The position numbers and the translations under genes were made by a program. This document shows, piece after piece, positions 49,387-59,339 of a stretch of 64,000 bases of DNA. Source of the stretch: an uncultured Candidatus Saccharibacteria bacterium (GTDB taxonomy: Bacteria; Patescibacteriota; Minisyncoccia; Phycocordibacterales; UBA9973). Position 1 is the first letter of the stretch; each line of letters begins with the position of its first letter. The notes beneath the pieces were generated by a model. It did not search any database and was not told where the DNA came from. It saw only the letters and a program-made list of their open reading frames with translations. Location: assembly GCA_964544225.1 (NCBI GenBank), contig CAZIZK010000001.1, positions 54,856 to 118,855 of the forward strand. Reading direction: 5' to 3'.

Positions 49387-50103
49387 CCCTTTTGGGTATT
49401 TTTCTATAGCTTTCTTTTTACATTCTTCCAAGATTACCTCTTCCACACTTTGTACAAGTGGTATATCACGATGAAATTCGGAAACAGTATTATTTATAAA
49501 ATCTTTCAAAAGTTCTATCTGCACTTCGTGTTCCACTGGCAACATACGAGCCTGCAAAGTTTCTGCGGTATCGTCTGGCAATATCACAACTCTTTTATTT
49601 TTTAGTACAACTCCTTCATCAAAGTTTACAGTCACACGGTGGGCTGTAGCCTCGCTATACCAGTCATGATTTGTTTTACGCACGAATTGTAGCCGTGCTT
49701 CATGCACACGCATGCCATACATACCCACACCACCAAAGTCGGGCCTGCTAGTATCTAGTGGGCCTGGGTGTTGGTTCACTATCATGCCTTTATAAACTTC
49801 GCAGACATTTGCTGGGGTCTTGGCTAGCCATCCATACTGGCCTATAAACTCTACATTCCTCTTTTTACATTCTTCTATTATCCTCTCGCCAAATTCCTCT
49901 TCTGTATCAAAATCCTTTCTTTTTATTATTACTATATCTTCGTCTTTTATAGCCAATGCTTTCGCCTTGGCTATACCACCAGCATCCTCCCTACTTGCTA
50001 TTACAAGCACCGGTTCCACACCAGAAAGTACGCCACTTTGTGTGGCTTTTATAATAGACTGCATTGTGGTTCCCCCTCCTGATATTAATAGTGCGATTTT
50101 CAT
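49384..50103 (-). CDS. purN: Phosphoribosylglycinamide formyltransferase with C-terminal extension
   Basis: MKIALLISGGGTTMQSII formyl-transferase N-terminus; 239 aa. Confidence 0.8.
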   Translation of the reverse strand: MKIALLISGGGTTMQSIIKATQSGVLSGVEPVLVIASREDAGGIAKAKALAIKDEDIVIIKRKDFDTEEEFGERIIEECKKRNVEFIGQYGWLAKTPANVCEVYKGMIVNQHPGPLDTSRPDFGGVGMYGMRVHEARLQFVRKTNHDWYSEATAHRVTVNFDEGVVLKNKRVVILPDDTAETLQARMLPVEHEVQIELLKDFINNTVSEFHRDIPLVQSVEEVILEECKKKAIEKYPKG

Positions 50104-50123
50104 AATTTTTATGGAACCAAATT

Positions 50124-50212
50124 AGTACTTTCCGAACACCCTCTTCGCAGGCCGACTGGGCCGAGAAAAGCAATTTTCTAGCAAGAAAATATGCGGGGGT
50201 TGAGGGGAGTAG
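50124..50212 (-). repeat. Copy 1 of a roughly 77-nt conserved leader element, about 21 nt upstream of the purN start
   Basis: Near-identical to 51669..51755 (about 72/77 nt). In the sense orientation it contains the hairpin UUUUCU-UGCU-AGAAAA. Confidence 0.6.
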
Positions 50213-50240
50213 CTAATTTTGTGGAATAAAAAATTCATAA

Positions 50241-51728
50241 TTAGTTCTTCGGAACATCATAACTCACCTCGCTTTTCCTCTCCAATATATCTATTGGGTA
50301 CTCGCCAGTAAAGAATGATGTAGATAGATGATCAGCTGGGATACCCACAGCCCTAACCAACCCGTCTAGTGACAAGTAGTGCAGTGATGTAGCACCTAGA
50401 TACTCACGAATCTCCTCGACTGTTTTATGTGATGCTATCAGGTCGGACTGCTTTGGAGTATCGATACCGTAAAAGTCTGGGAACTTCACCGCCGGTGAAG
50501 AAACCAGGAAGTGAACCTCCGCGGCGCCTGCTTTGAACAAGCTTTCCACCAGCCTCTTACTAGTTGTACCACGCACAATAGAGTCGTCGATAACAGCAAC
50601 CCTCTTACCTTGTAGCATTTCTGGCATAGGGATCAATTTGAGTGCGACAGAATGTTCGCGTGACTTCTGAGTAGGCTCGATAAATGTTCGGTGCACATAG
50701 CGGTTCTTGATCAGTGCCATCTCCATAGGGATGCCAGACTCTTCGGAATACCCTATCGCCACCGACATAGCAGTATCTGGAACTGGCACGACAATATCGA
50801 CATCGATCTTGTATTCACGAGCAAGCTCGACACCAAAGTTCTTGCGAACTTCGTAAATTAATTTGCCATTCATTACAGAGTCGGGTCGGGCAAAATAAAC
50901 GTATTCAAATATATCATGCTTCGGTGTTGCAGGTGCAAGAGTTACACTCTCCATACAACCACCAGTAAACACGAGCATCTCACCAGGGGCAACGTCGCGC
51001 AACACTTTTGCGCCAACAGTTTTAATAGCACAAGTTTCTGAAGCTACCATATAACTACCATCATCTATCTGCCCTAGTGTAAGTGGGCGCATGCCGTATG
51101 AGTCGCGGATAGCTACGAGTTCCCCCTTGTTCATCATGACAATAGCAAAGGCACCAGTAAGAAGTGGGTAGACTTTTGTTACTGCATCCTTCAGGCTCAA
51201 ACCTTGGGATAGTAGTAACTGTACTGCATCGAATACAAGCTCGGAATCACTACGGTCAGGAACAAGTGCATTATTAGACTGCAAGAAATCTTGCAAAGCT
51301 TTTACTGAAGGCAAGTTACCATTGTGAGCAAGAGAAAAGTCGCCACCATTGATAACAGGTTGTGCATGGTCCAGTGCCCCACCCCCAGATGTAGAGTACC
51401 TGTTGTGGCCGATACCTATGTGGCCTGGTAGTTTATCGATATCTTCTTCTTTGTAGACATTGGATACGAGGCCGGCACCTTTGTGTGTATACATATTGTT
51501 ACCGTCGCAAGTTACAATACCTGAAGCTTCTTGCCCACGGTGTTGCAATGCAAACAAGCCAAAAAATATCATACGTGCCAATGGCAGATCATTACCATAT
51601 ATACCGACAATTCCACATTTCTCTTTTAAGTGTTCCATAATAAATTTTGTATTAATGATTTGAAATAAAATAAACCTTTCGAACACCCTCTTCACAGGCC
51701 GACTGGGCCGAGAAAAGCAATTTTTCAC
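50241..51728 (-). CDS. purF: Amidophosphoribosyltransferase; true start probably the internal Met at 51638 (MEHLKEKCGIVG). The ORF-track N-terminal 30 aa come from translating the leader repeat
   Basis: Ntn-glutaminase Cys in KEKCGIVGIYG, PRTase domain motifs. Confidence 0.9.
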   Translation of the reverse strand: MKNCFSRPSRPVKRVFERFILFQIINTKFIMEHLKEKCGIVGIYGNDLPLARMIFFGLFALQHRGQEASGIVTCDGNNMYTHKGAGLVSNVYKEEDIDKLPGHIGIGHNRYSTSGGGALDHAQPVINGGDFSLAHNGNLPSVKALQDFLQSNNALVPDRSDSELVFDAVQLLLSQGLSLKDAVTKVYPLLTGAFAIVMMNKGELVAIRDSYGMRPLTLGQIDDGSYMVASETCAIKTVGAKVLRDVAPGEMLVFTGGCMESVTLAPATPKHDIFEYVYFARPDSVMNGKLIYEVRKNFGVELAREYKIDVDIVVPVPDTAMSVAIGYSEESGIPMEMALIKNRYVHRTFIEPTQKSREHSVALKLIPMPEMLQGKRVAVIDDSIVRGTTSKRLVESLFKAGAAEVHFLVSSPAVKFPDFYGIDTPKQSDLIASHKTVEEIREYLGATSLHYLSLDGLVRAVGIPADHLSTSFFTGEYPIDILERKSEVSYDVPKN

Positions 51729-51755
51729 CAGAAAAATATGCGGGGGTTGAGAAAG
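51669..51755 (-). repeat. Copy 2 of the conserved leader element, about 31 nt upstream of the probable purF start
   Basis: Same as copy 1. The hairpin here is UUUUUC-UGGU-GAAAAA, compensatory relative to copy 1. Confidence 0.6.
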
Positions 51756-51777
51756 GTTGTATTTTATGCAGAATCAT

Positions 51778-52563
51778 TTATTCCTTAAAATAATTAATTG
51801 CGTTTTTGAATAAAGTTAAACTGTTGCCGTATTTCTCGAGCTTCTTGCCCTTCCTCTTTGCTTCCTCTTTCTTCATCTGCCAAAGCGGACTATGGTGTGT
51901 AAATACTGCGCGCTCTGGGTGTGGCATAAGGCCGAGGATCCTGCCATTTGCAGATGTAACCCCAGCTATGTCATGCATAGCACCGTTTGGGTTAGACTCT
52001 AGATTCTGGAAATTACATACCTCACCCTTTGTATAAACAAATGCAATCTGCTTGTTCTTTACCATTGCATTATACTCCTTCTTTTCTATTATGTATCGGC
52101 CTTCACCATGAGCGATAGGTAGTGATATCTTCTTTATACCTTTTAACCATGGGCTTGAGCCTTTCACCTCAAGGTCCACCCACCTGTCGATATACTGTGC
52201 ACTTTTATTGTGGGCAAGCGCACCTGGCACAATACCGAGGGCTGTGATGATCTGGAAGCCATTACAAATACCTATGATCAAAGTATCACGAGCGATAAAT
52301 GCATCGATTTCTTTCTGTAAGTGATTGCGGAATTTATTGGCAAATGCTTTACCACTACCTGTGTCATCCCCATACGAGAACCCGCCAGGGAATGCCATAA
52401 TGTCGTATTTGTTCATCATCTCAGGACTCTTGATCAAATCATTAATATGTACGATATCGGCACGGCCACCTGCAAGCTCGAATACGAACTTGGTCTCCTC
52501 TTCGCAGTTGATACCATACCCTGCTAGCACTAACACCTTTGGTTTTGATTTTGTCTTTTTCAT
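51778..52563 (-). CDS. purQ: FGAM synthase, glutamine amidotransferase subunit
   Basis: Class I GATase with catalytic Cys in ICNGFQ and His near the C-terminus. Confidence 0.9.
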   Translation of the reverse strand: MKKTKSKPKVLVLAGYGINCEEETKFVFELAGGRADIVHINDLIKSPEMMNKYDIMAFPGGFSYGDDTGSGKAFANKFRNHLQKEIDAFIARDTLIIGICNGFQIITALGIVPGALAHNKSAQYIDRWVDLEVKGSSPWLKGIKKISLPIAHGEGRYIIEKKEYNAMVKNKQIAFVYTKGEVCNFQNLESNPNGAMHDIAGVTSANGRILGLMPHPERAVFTHHSPLWQMKKEEAKRKGKKLEKYGNSLTLFKNAINYFKE

Positions 52564-52567
52564 ATAA

Positions 52568-53431
52568 TTACATATTATCTATTTGGCCAGCTTTATTTCT
52601 CAACATACTTCTTGCTTCATCTATACTATTTTTTACTTTATTTACTAATGAAGCCACTTCACCCTTTTCTTGTTCGTTTTGAATTTTTGAAGGAATTACT
52701 TCAATAGCTGAATATACTCCATTTAATTGTTGTGCCATTTTCCTTAGGCTATCAGTATTTTCACTAAAACGCCCTTTCCCACGATAATTAATATTAAATC
52801 CTGCACTTAATTTATTTAAATATTCTGGTAAATTTTTAATATCATTTACAGATTCCAAGTTTTGCATTGCACTACCTATCAAGTTTTCATTATCAAAAAC
52901 CTGGTTTAATCCACGACCCTCTCTTTCACGCAATTCTCCCATTAATTGTCTTAAACGACTAGTAACTTCTTCTAAAGAACCCTTTAAGTGATGCATTTCT
53001 AATTTACTATCTTCAGCATCACTATTCTCCTTTATGTTTATTTGTTTTTCTTTATCTTTTAATTTAGCTTCTAAATCATCTTGTACAAATTTTAAGTCTT
53101 CCAATTTTGCTTTTTTGTCCATCAACGACGGGATATCCTCAGAAGGTTCCATGCCTAATTGTGCACGCAATTCATTTAACTTACGAGTATTTTCTTCTAT
53201 TTCACGCTGAACTTTATCAATTTCTGCATCAACCTTTTCTTTTTCTTGTTTCAGTTTTTCTGGTTCTTCGCTATTTTCAATATTAGGTTTATCCATATTT
53301 TCCTTTGATGTTGCAAGCTCACGGTATTGATCTATATTTTCTGCTTTTGCGTTATCTTGCATTGCAATAGCCTCTTGTTTTTCAATTTCAAGATTCTTTT
53401 CTTGTTTAGGTTGTATATATTCTTCTTTCAT
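52568..53431 (-). CDS. Hypothetical coiled-coil protein inserted between purQ and purL
   Basis: 287 aa, Glu/Lys-rich heptad-like sequence. Confidence 0.4.
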   Translation of the reverse strand: MKEEYIQPKQEKNLEIEKQEAIAMQDNAKAENIDQYRELATSKENMDKPNIENSEEPEKLKQEKEKVDAEIDKVQREIEENTRKLNELRAQLGMEPSEDIPSLMDKKAKLEDLKFVQDDLEAKLKDKEKQINIKENSDAEDSKLEMHHLKGSLEEVTSRLRQLMGELREREGRGLNQVFDNENLIGSAMQNLESVNDIKNLPEYLNKLSAGFNINYRGKGRFSENTDSLRKMAQQLNGVYSAIEVIPSKIQNEQEKGEVASLVNKVKNSIDEARSMLRNKAGQIDNM

Positions 53432-53433
53432 AA

Positions 53434-56409
53434 TTATAATTTATTTGCGAGGTTATGGTAAGCATCGGATAATTTTGTAACTGTTGTATCTACCACTTTA
53501 TCCTTGCCGTTCTTTATTACAATATTCTTGCCACCCACAGTTCCAATCTTACTAAGTGCTACGCCTTTCATCATGCCCTCGAACTTGTTCATATCCTTCT
53601 TTGCTACTGTTACCAATATTCTTCCTTGAGATTCAGAGAAAAGCTTCGCATCTACATGTGTGGCAGTTCCAGCGAGTTTACTAATATCGATATTCATACC
53701 CAAGGTTCCACCCACACTTGCACGAGCCAATGCCACTGCAAGTCCGCCAGAGTTTAATGATATTGACGATGCTATTATGCCTTTGCTGATTATACTTTCT
53801 AAAGCTTTGTAAGTTTTCAAATTCTTCTTTATATCCACCTTTGGCACATTGTTACCAATAGCACCAGTGTTACCGTATTTATTTATATAATACTCACTTG
53901 CACCCAATTCATCATGAGTCTCGCCTATTAGGTACACCACATCCCCTGCATATTTAAAGTCTGGGGTAACAGCTTTGTTGATATCTTTGATCACACTGAT
54001 AGATGATACAAGTAGTGTCGGTGGGATAGAGATAGCTACAGGTTCCCCCTTTTCATCATAGCCTTTGAAGTCGTTGAACATACTGTCCTTGCCAGATATA
54101 AGTGGCGCACTATAACCCACAGCCCCGTCATAACAAGCCTGCACTGCGCGAACCAATTCATATAGTCGAGCCTTATCGTACGATGAACACCAGCAAAAGT
54201 TGTCGAGTATCGCCATATGCTTCATCGCCCCACCCACAGCTACGTTGTTGCGGATAGCAGTATCAAGCGATGCAAGTGCCATATGATATGTGTCTATGTC
54301 TGAATACGATGGGTAAAGTCCATACGACAACACCACCCCACGCTCGCTATCAAGTACTGGGCGGATCACTTGCGCATCGGTATTAATACTACCCTTCCCC
54401 TCCAAAGGCTTTACTACAGAGCCTGCCTGGACCTCGTGATCATACTGAGTAGATATATTGGAATAGCCGGCAACATTCTTGCCTTTTAATAAATCAATAA
54501 ATTCTTTTGTTCGGTTTGTTGCAAATGAAAGTTTTGGTTCTTTGTGAATATTCTTTACCTCGCGACTTTCCAATTTTGTTTTTGGAAGTCCGTTGTGGAG
54601 GAACTCCATATCGATATCCATGATAACCTTGCCATTGTCACGCACCACACAGTGCCCACTGTTTGTAAATTCACCAATTATAGTTGCCTCTACTCCGCGA
54701 CTAATCATAAGATTGTTGAATTGATTCCATTTATTTTTTGGCACTGACAATGTCATGCGTTCTTGTGATTCAGATATCCATATCTCCCAAGGTGTAAGGC
54801 CTGGGTATTTTGTAGGAACTTTATCGATATCTACGATTGCACCTCCACACTCCTTTGCCATCTCGGCTACTGAACAAGATATACCACCAGCACCATTGTC
54901 GGTAACACTGTTGTATAGTTCCATATCACGAGCTTCTTTTACTATTGCATCACTCAATTTTTTCTGAGTTATCGGGTCGCCGATCTGCACGGCTGTGGCG
55001 GGGCTTGATGAATCCATCACAACCGATGAAAATGTCGCTCCGTGTATACCGTCGGCACCTACACGTCCACCAACTACTACTATATAGTCGCCCTTCTTTG
55101 CCTCCTTCTCCCAAGAATTGTGGCCTTTGATTTTATTTGGTATCAACCCTACTGTTCCCACGAACACTAGTGGTTTGCCACGGAAACGGTCATCGTATCG
55201 CACGAAGCCTGTTGTAGTAGGTATACCAGAACAATTACCCCCAACATTTACCCCTTTTATAACTCCATCCATAATACGCTTTGGAGGTAGCATCTTTATT
55301 GTCTTGTCTTTGTTTCTATATAGTGGGCGTGTATCAAAAGGATCGCCGAAACAATAACCATACATGTTGGCCACAGGCTTCGCACCAAGACCGAATCCGA
55401 TAGTGTCGCGATTCACCCCCACAATACCAGTAATAGCACCACCAAATGGGTCAAGGGCTGAAGGGCTATTGTGAGTCTCCACTTTGTGAGTGACAATGTA
55501 TTTATTATCAAACACTATTCCACCTGCATTGTCGGAAAATACTGATACACAGAAGTCGCCCTTGCCCATATCCTTCCTGATCTTATTTGTGGCACCTTTG
55601 ATATAAGTCTTGTACAAGCCATCTTTGATATCGTCTATCGGGTTTGCAAATATTGTATGCTTGCAGTGTTCGCTCCATGTCTGGGCTAGACTCTCCAGTT
55701 CGATATCGGTCGGCTTGCGGTGTAAACTTTTGAAATATTTCTGTATCACTTTCATACTTTCCAAGTCCAGTGCTAGTGGGCCACGGCGAGAACCATTTGG
55801 ATCCATGATCCCCTGCTTGCCGATATTTACCAACTCTTCGTCGGAAATATTTAAGGACACATCTATCACGCTCTTCTTCTTTGGTAATATAACAGCTGGA
55901 ACTTCGAGTGGAAGATTGAACCCCTGTTTATTATTGACTTTACTTAGTAACACAATACGAGCACGCTCGATCAAAGAGTTGTGGTTCGCCTGGGCTATCT
56001 TGTTTACATCTTCGATATTCAACTTGCCAGCAAGTAAATAAACTTTAGAAGTGTATACAGCATCGCTACCGGCGAATGGCTTCTTTAGTGTTTCAGATAT
56101 TTCCTCCATCACTGTACGAGCTACGTTGTCGGTAACACCTGGTGCATAACCCACTTCCAATACATAAGAAAAGCCTGAGACATCAGGCATAGTGTTGATA
56201 GAGTAAGACTCTAGGTTCTTGTTTGTAAGAAGTGTACCAATAGTATGAAGTTCATTATTATTAAAATGGGCATCAATAAGATACGAATCGATAACTTCTA
56301 CATTGGTAACTTTGGACTTCAATCCAAGTGCATTGAAAGATTTACAGAGGACCTTGCCTCTGCTGTCAGATACCTTCGGTGCGACATATACGCGATTTAT
56401 CATATACAT
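53434..56409 (-). CDS. purL: FGAM synthase II with N-terminal PurS-like domains (PurS-PurL fusion, 991 aa)
   Basis: N-terminal roughly 200 aa PurS-like, then canonical small-PurL motifs (AQTWSEHCKHTIF, AIR-synthase-related domains). Confidence 0.85.
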   Translation of the reverse strand: MYMINRVYVAPKVSDSRGKVLCKSFNALGLKSKVTNVEVIDSYLIDAHFNNNELHTIGTLLTNKNLESYSINTMPDVSGFSYVLEVGYAPGVTDNVARTVMEEISETLKKPFAGSDAVYTSKVYLLAGKLNIEDVNKIAQANHNSLIERARIVLLSKVNNKQGFNLPLEVPAVILPKKKSVIDVSLNISDEELVNIGKQGIMDPNGSRRGPLALDLESMKVIQKYFKSLHRKPTDIELESLAQTWSEHCKHTIFANPIDDIKDGLYKTYIKGATNKIRKDMGKGDFCVSVFSDNAGGIVFDNKYIVTHKVETHNSPSALDPFGGAITGIVGVNRDTIGFGLGAKPVANMYGYCFGDPFDTRPLYRNKDKTIKMLPPKRIMDGVIKGVNVGGNCSGIPTTTGFVRYDDRFRGKPLVFVGTVGLIPNKIKGHNSWEKEAKKGDYIVVVGGRVGADGIHGATFSSVVMDSSSPATAVQIGDPITQKKLSDAIVKEARDMELYNSVTDNGAGGISCSVAEMAKECGGAIVDIDKVPTKYPGLTPWEIWISESQERMTLSVPKNKWNQFNNLMISRGVEATIIGEFTNSGHCVVRDNGKVIMDIDMEFLHNGLPKTKLESREVKNIHKEPKLSFATNRTKEFIDLLKGKNVAGYSNISTQYDHEVQAGSVVKPLEGKGSINTDAQVIRPVLDSERGVVLSYGLYPSYSDIDTYHMALASLDTAIRNNVAVGGAMKHMAILDNFCWCSSYDKARLYELVRAVQACYDGAVGYSAPLISGKDSMFNDFKGYDEKGEPVAISIPPTLLVSSISVIKDINKAVTPDFKYAGDVVYLIGETHDELGASEYYINKYGNTGAIGNNVPKVDIKKNLKTYKALESIISKGIIASSISLNSGGLAVALARASVGGTLGMNIDISKLAGTATHVDAKLFSESQGRILVTVAKKDMNKFEGMMKGVALSKIGTVGGKNIVIKNGKDKVVDTTVTKLSDAYHNLANKL

Positions 56410-56456
56410 ATATTAGACTATTTATAGAGCTGTGACAAATATGGTATTATCCATAC

Positions 56457-57783
56457 ATGACAACGCCAAAACTTACAGTTTCTGGGTACCGAGGTGTATG
56501 GGGCGAGAGCCTCAATACCGATATCGCCACACGCTATGCAAGAGCGTTTGGGATATTTATCTTAGAGCATCATCATAGCTATAAAGATAGTAGTGTAAAA
56601 CCCGAATTATTAGTAGCGCGCGATGGGCGCGAAAGTGGGGAGATGATAAGTGATGCCATAATACCTGTGTTGGAAGACTTAGGTATATCTGTAATAGATG
56701 GCGACATCCTGCCAACACCCACTATCATACTTGCCGTAAAAGAAAATAATTACGACGGAGCGATAATCATCACCGCCAGCCACAACCCAATACAATACAA
56801 CGGATTGAAATTCGTAACAGATGAAGCCCGAAGTATCAATGAACAAGAAGTAGCCGAAATAAAAAAACACTATGAATAAAACAAACTTTGTAAAGAACCA
56901 TGTAGACAAGATATTGGAACATATCGATGCCGAAGCTATTCGCAATCGGAAATTTAAAGTGGCTGTCGACATGATCAATGCGTCAGCGTGTGTGGTGGAC
57001 CCATACCTGTTCGAACAGTTAGGTATTGAATACGTAGCTATCAACAATACTCCCGATGGCAAATTCGCACACACTCCAGAACCGATAAAAGAAAACTTAA
57101 AAGATATTTGTGAGCTGGTGGCATCATCGGGTGCGGATATTGGATTCGCCCATGATCCAGATGCGGACCGCCTAGTAATAATAAATGAGAAGGGTGAATA
57201 TATTTCCGAGGAATACACACTAGGGTTCGGAGTAGAAGCAGTGTTGTCGAAGAACCTTGGCTCCAACGTAGCTATCAATATGTCGACATCACAGATGTGT
57301 ACCGATATCACAGAGAAGTATGGCGGTAAATGTTACCGAACCAAAGTCGGCGAGTCCAATGTGTTTGCTGGTATTGAACAATACAATGCCATTATAGGTG
57401 GCGAGGGTGGCAGTGGTGTTATATACCCTACTATCAACAACTGCAGGGATGGATTTGTCAGTATGTGCCTGGCCCTGGAGCTACTTGCAAAGCGCGGGAT
57501 GACAGTCAGCGAGCTTGTAAACAGCCTCCCGAAATATTTCATGCATAAAGATAAAGCAAGTATCGAAGGCAAGAACCTAGATGAATTGTATGCAAAATTA
57601 AAATCATACTTCCCAACAGGGTTAGTAAATGACCTAGATGGTATCCGCCTCGACTTCCCTGACAGATCATGGATACACCTACGCCCTTCAAACACCGAGC
57701 CTATCATCCGACTATTTGGCGAGGCAACAACCAAAGAAAGAATTGAACAACTCTTTAATGAGGCAAAAGAAATACTGAGATAA
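56457..57783 (+). pseudogene. GlmM/phosphoglucomutase/phosphomannomutase-family gene split into two ORFs (56457..56879 and 56872..57783) by a +1 frameshift at an A7 run (56861..56867)
   Basis: ORF1 carries the active-site ITASHNP; ORF2 carries domains II-IV. Deleting one A from the A7 run gives a continuous roughly 443-aa protein. Confidence 0.65.
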
Positions 57784-57856
57784 AATAAAAAAGGCCCTAA
57801 CTCTAATTCAGGAAAGAGTTCAGGGTCTTTTATAAAAATTTGCGAAGTTAAAGGAT

Positions 57857-58462
57857 CTAAGATTTAATTCGTAATAAACGAGACATTTTAATACGAAATA
57901 AAATAAGACTTTTTATTAAGAATTGTGAAATAATACTTTTTGACGAGCCTTTCGAAAAAAAGTAATGGTTACTAAACCAAAATACATGATCAACTTCACG
58001 ACAATGTAACCCCCACATATTACCAAAAGGACCGTAGGCACAGCTCACCGCACGAATAACACCATCATAACACCTGACATACCATGTGTTATACGTATCA
58101 TGGTTTTTAATTACATGATTCTGGTCTTCAAGTTGTTGGAAAATTAAATATTTCCAGGTTGCCCACAATTCTTCAGGAGTAATGATTTGATTACCAATTT
58201 GTGCGCGGATTTCTCGGTCGTAGAGATTTATCTTGTTTTGGTATTTGATAAATCTCTGCAAGGGTACATTACCAACTAGCTGGGCCGGGACAAAAAAGTG
58301 TTCAATAAAACCATTGTCATGGAAAAACTCCATACAATGATGTTTACCTGTCGCAAACCATTCATGCGGATGGAAAGATTCATTAACGTCAGGTATTTCA
58401 ACATCAGATATTTTAATAATCATTAAATTTTTATTAAGAGTAGTTTGAAAGCATTTAAACAT
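57857..58462 (-). CDS. Hypothetical protein (201 aa), His/aromatic-rich
   Basis: ORF only. Confidence 0.4.
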   Translation of the reverse strand: MFKCFQTTLNKNLMIIKISDVEIPDVNESFHPHEWFATGKHHCMEFFHDNGFIEHFFVPAQLVGNVPLQRFIKYQNKINLYDREIRAQIGNQIITPEELWATWKYLIFQQLEDQNHVIKNHDTYNTWYVRCYDGVIRAVSCAYGPFGNMWGLHCREVDHVFWFSNHYFFSKGSSKSIISQFLIKSLILFRIKMSRLLRIKS

Positions 58463-58477
58463 TTTTAATAATTATTG

Positions 58478-59233
58478 TCAAGCATTAAAATTTCCGATTT
58501 GAGTGCGGAGGATGTGCATAGCCAGGGCCGGAGTGCCTAGGGACTGGCCCAGCTCGTGTGCAATAGCGCGCACATATGTACCCGAGCTACAAGATATAAC
58601 TAATTTTACTATTTGGAATTCTTTATCTGGATCACCATCCAATACTTCATGCCACTTTGCCAGTATCTCCTCTTGACGAAAGTCGCCTTTTACCTGACCG
58701 ATACTATCGGTAATATATTTCATCAATTTCTTTCCTGTAATTTCTTTTGTCTTTTTTATTTCGATATTTTCTACAAAAACATCGTGGCTCGGGATTTCTA
58801 TCTCACCCAGTCTCCCCTCGCGAGCCCATTGGAACAATGGCTTGCCGGCAACGGTGCGTGAAGAGTATGGTGGGTATTTCTGATTTATCTTTCCGGTGAA
58901 ATTTTGTAGAATTCTAGGAATCTCATCCCCGGGATGTAGGGCTTCTTTCATCCCGGGGATGGACTCCTCAACTAACCCCAACAAATCATAAGTATCTGTG
59001 GCGAAGCCGAAGAGGACCTCTACCTCGTAAGTCTTTGGCATATTGTTGTATTGGTCCTTCTTTTGGCATTCATCGCCTGCCAATATGATCATAAGGCCCT
59101 CGGCCATAGGGTCCAGACGGCCAGCATAGGTCATGGGTACATGGGCATAGGATTTATCTTTATTTTTCACCCTATTTATACAGTCCAATGGGGTCTCGCC
59201 GGGCTTTTTATACTCTAATAGATATTTCTCCAT
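58478..59233 (-). CDS. truB: tRNA pseudouridine(55) synthase
   Basis: Catalytic Asp motif AGRLDPMAEGL. Confidence 0.85.
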   Translation of the reverse strand: MEKYLLEYKKPGETPLDCINRVKNKDKSYAHVPMTYAGRLDPMAEGLMIILAGDECQKKDQYNNMPKTYEVEVLFGFATDTYDLLGLVEESIPGMKEALHPGDEIPRILQNFTGKINQKYPPYSSRTVAGKPLFQWAREGRLGEIEIPSHDVFVENIEIKKTKEITGKKLMKYITDSIGQVKGDFRQEEILAKWHEVLDGDPDKEFQIVKLVISCSSGTYVRAIAHELGQSLGTPALAMHILRTQIGNFNA

Positions 59234-59339
59234 ATCCTTATACTACCACAATAAATAAGCCATACCGGGATTGACTTTATGGGGTAAATAGGCTAATATT
59301 AGCCCCAGGTAGGTACATTATCTCTATCGTTACAAATAT

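Noticed and set aside
50104-50240. Identification of the pur leader repeat as a ZTP (pfl), guanine/adenine, PRPP or ppGpp riboswitch
   Set aside because: The hallmark conserved strings of those classes (for example GACUGGCG...ACCGGGG...CGCCUGGGCA for ZTP, or the purine-riboswitch three-way junction with UAUA/CCUAAAC-like loops) are not present. It is left as an unclassified element.
57333-57734. 133-aa minus-strand ORF inside the glmM/PMM gene
   Set aside because: Antisense to a well-supported conserved gene; spurious.
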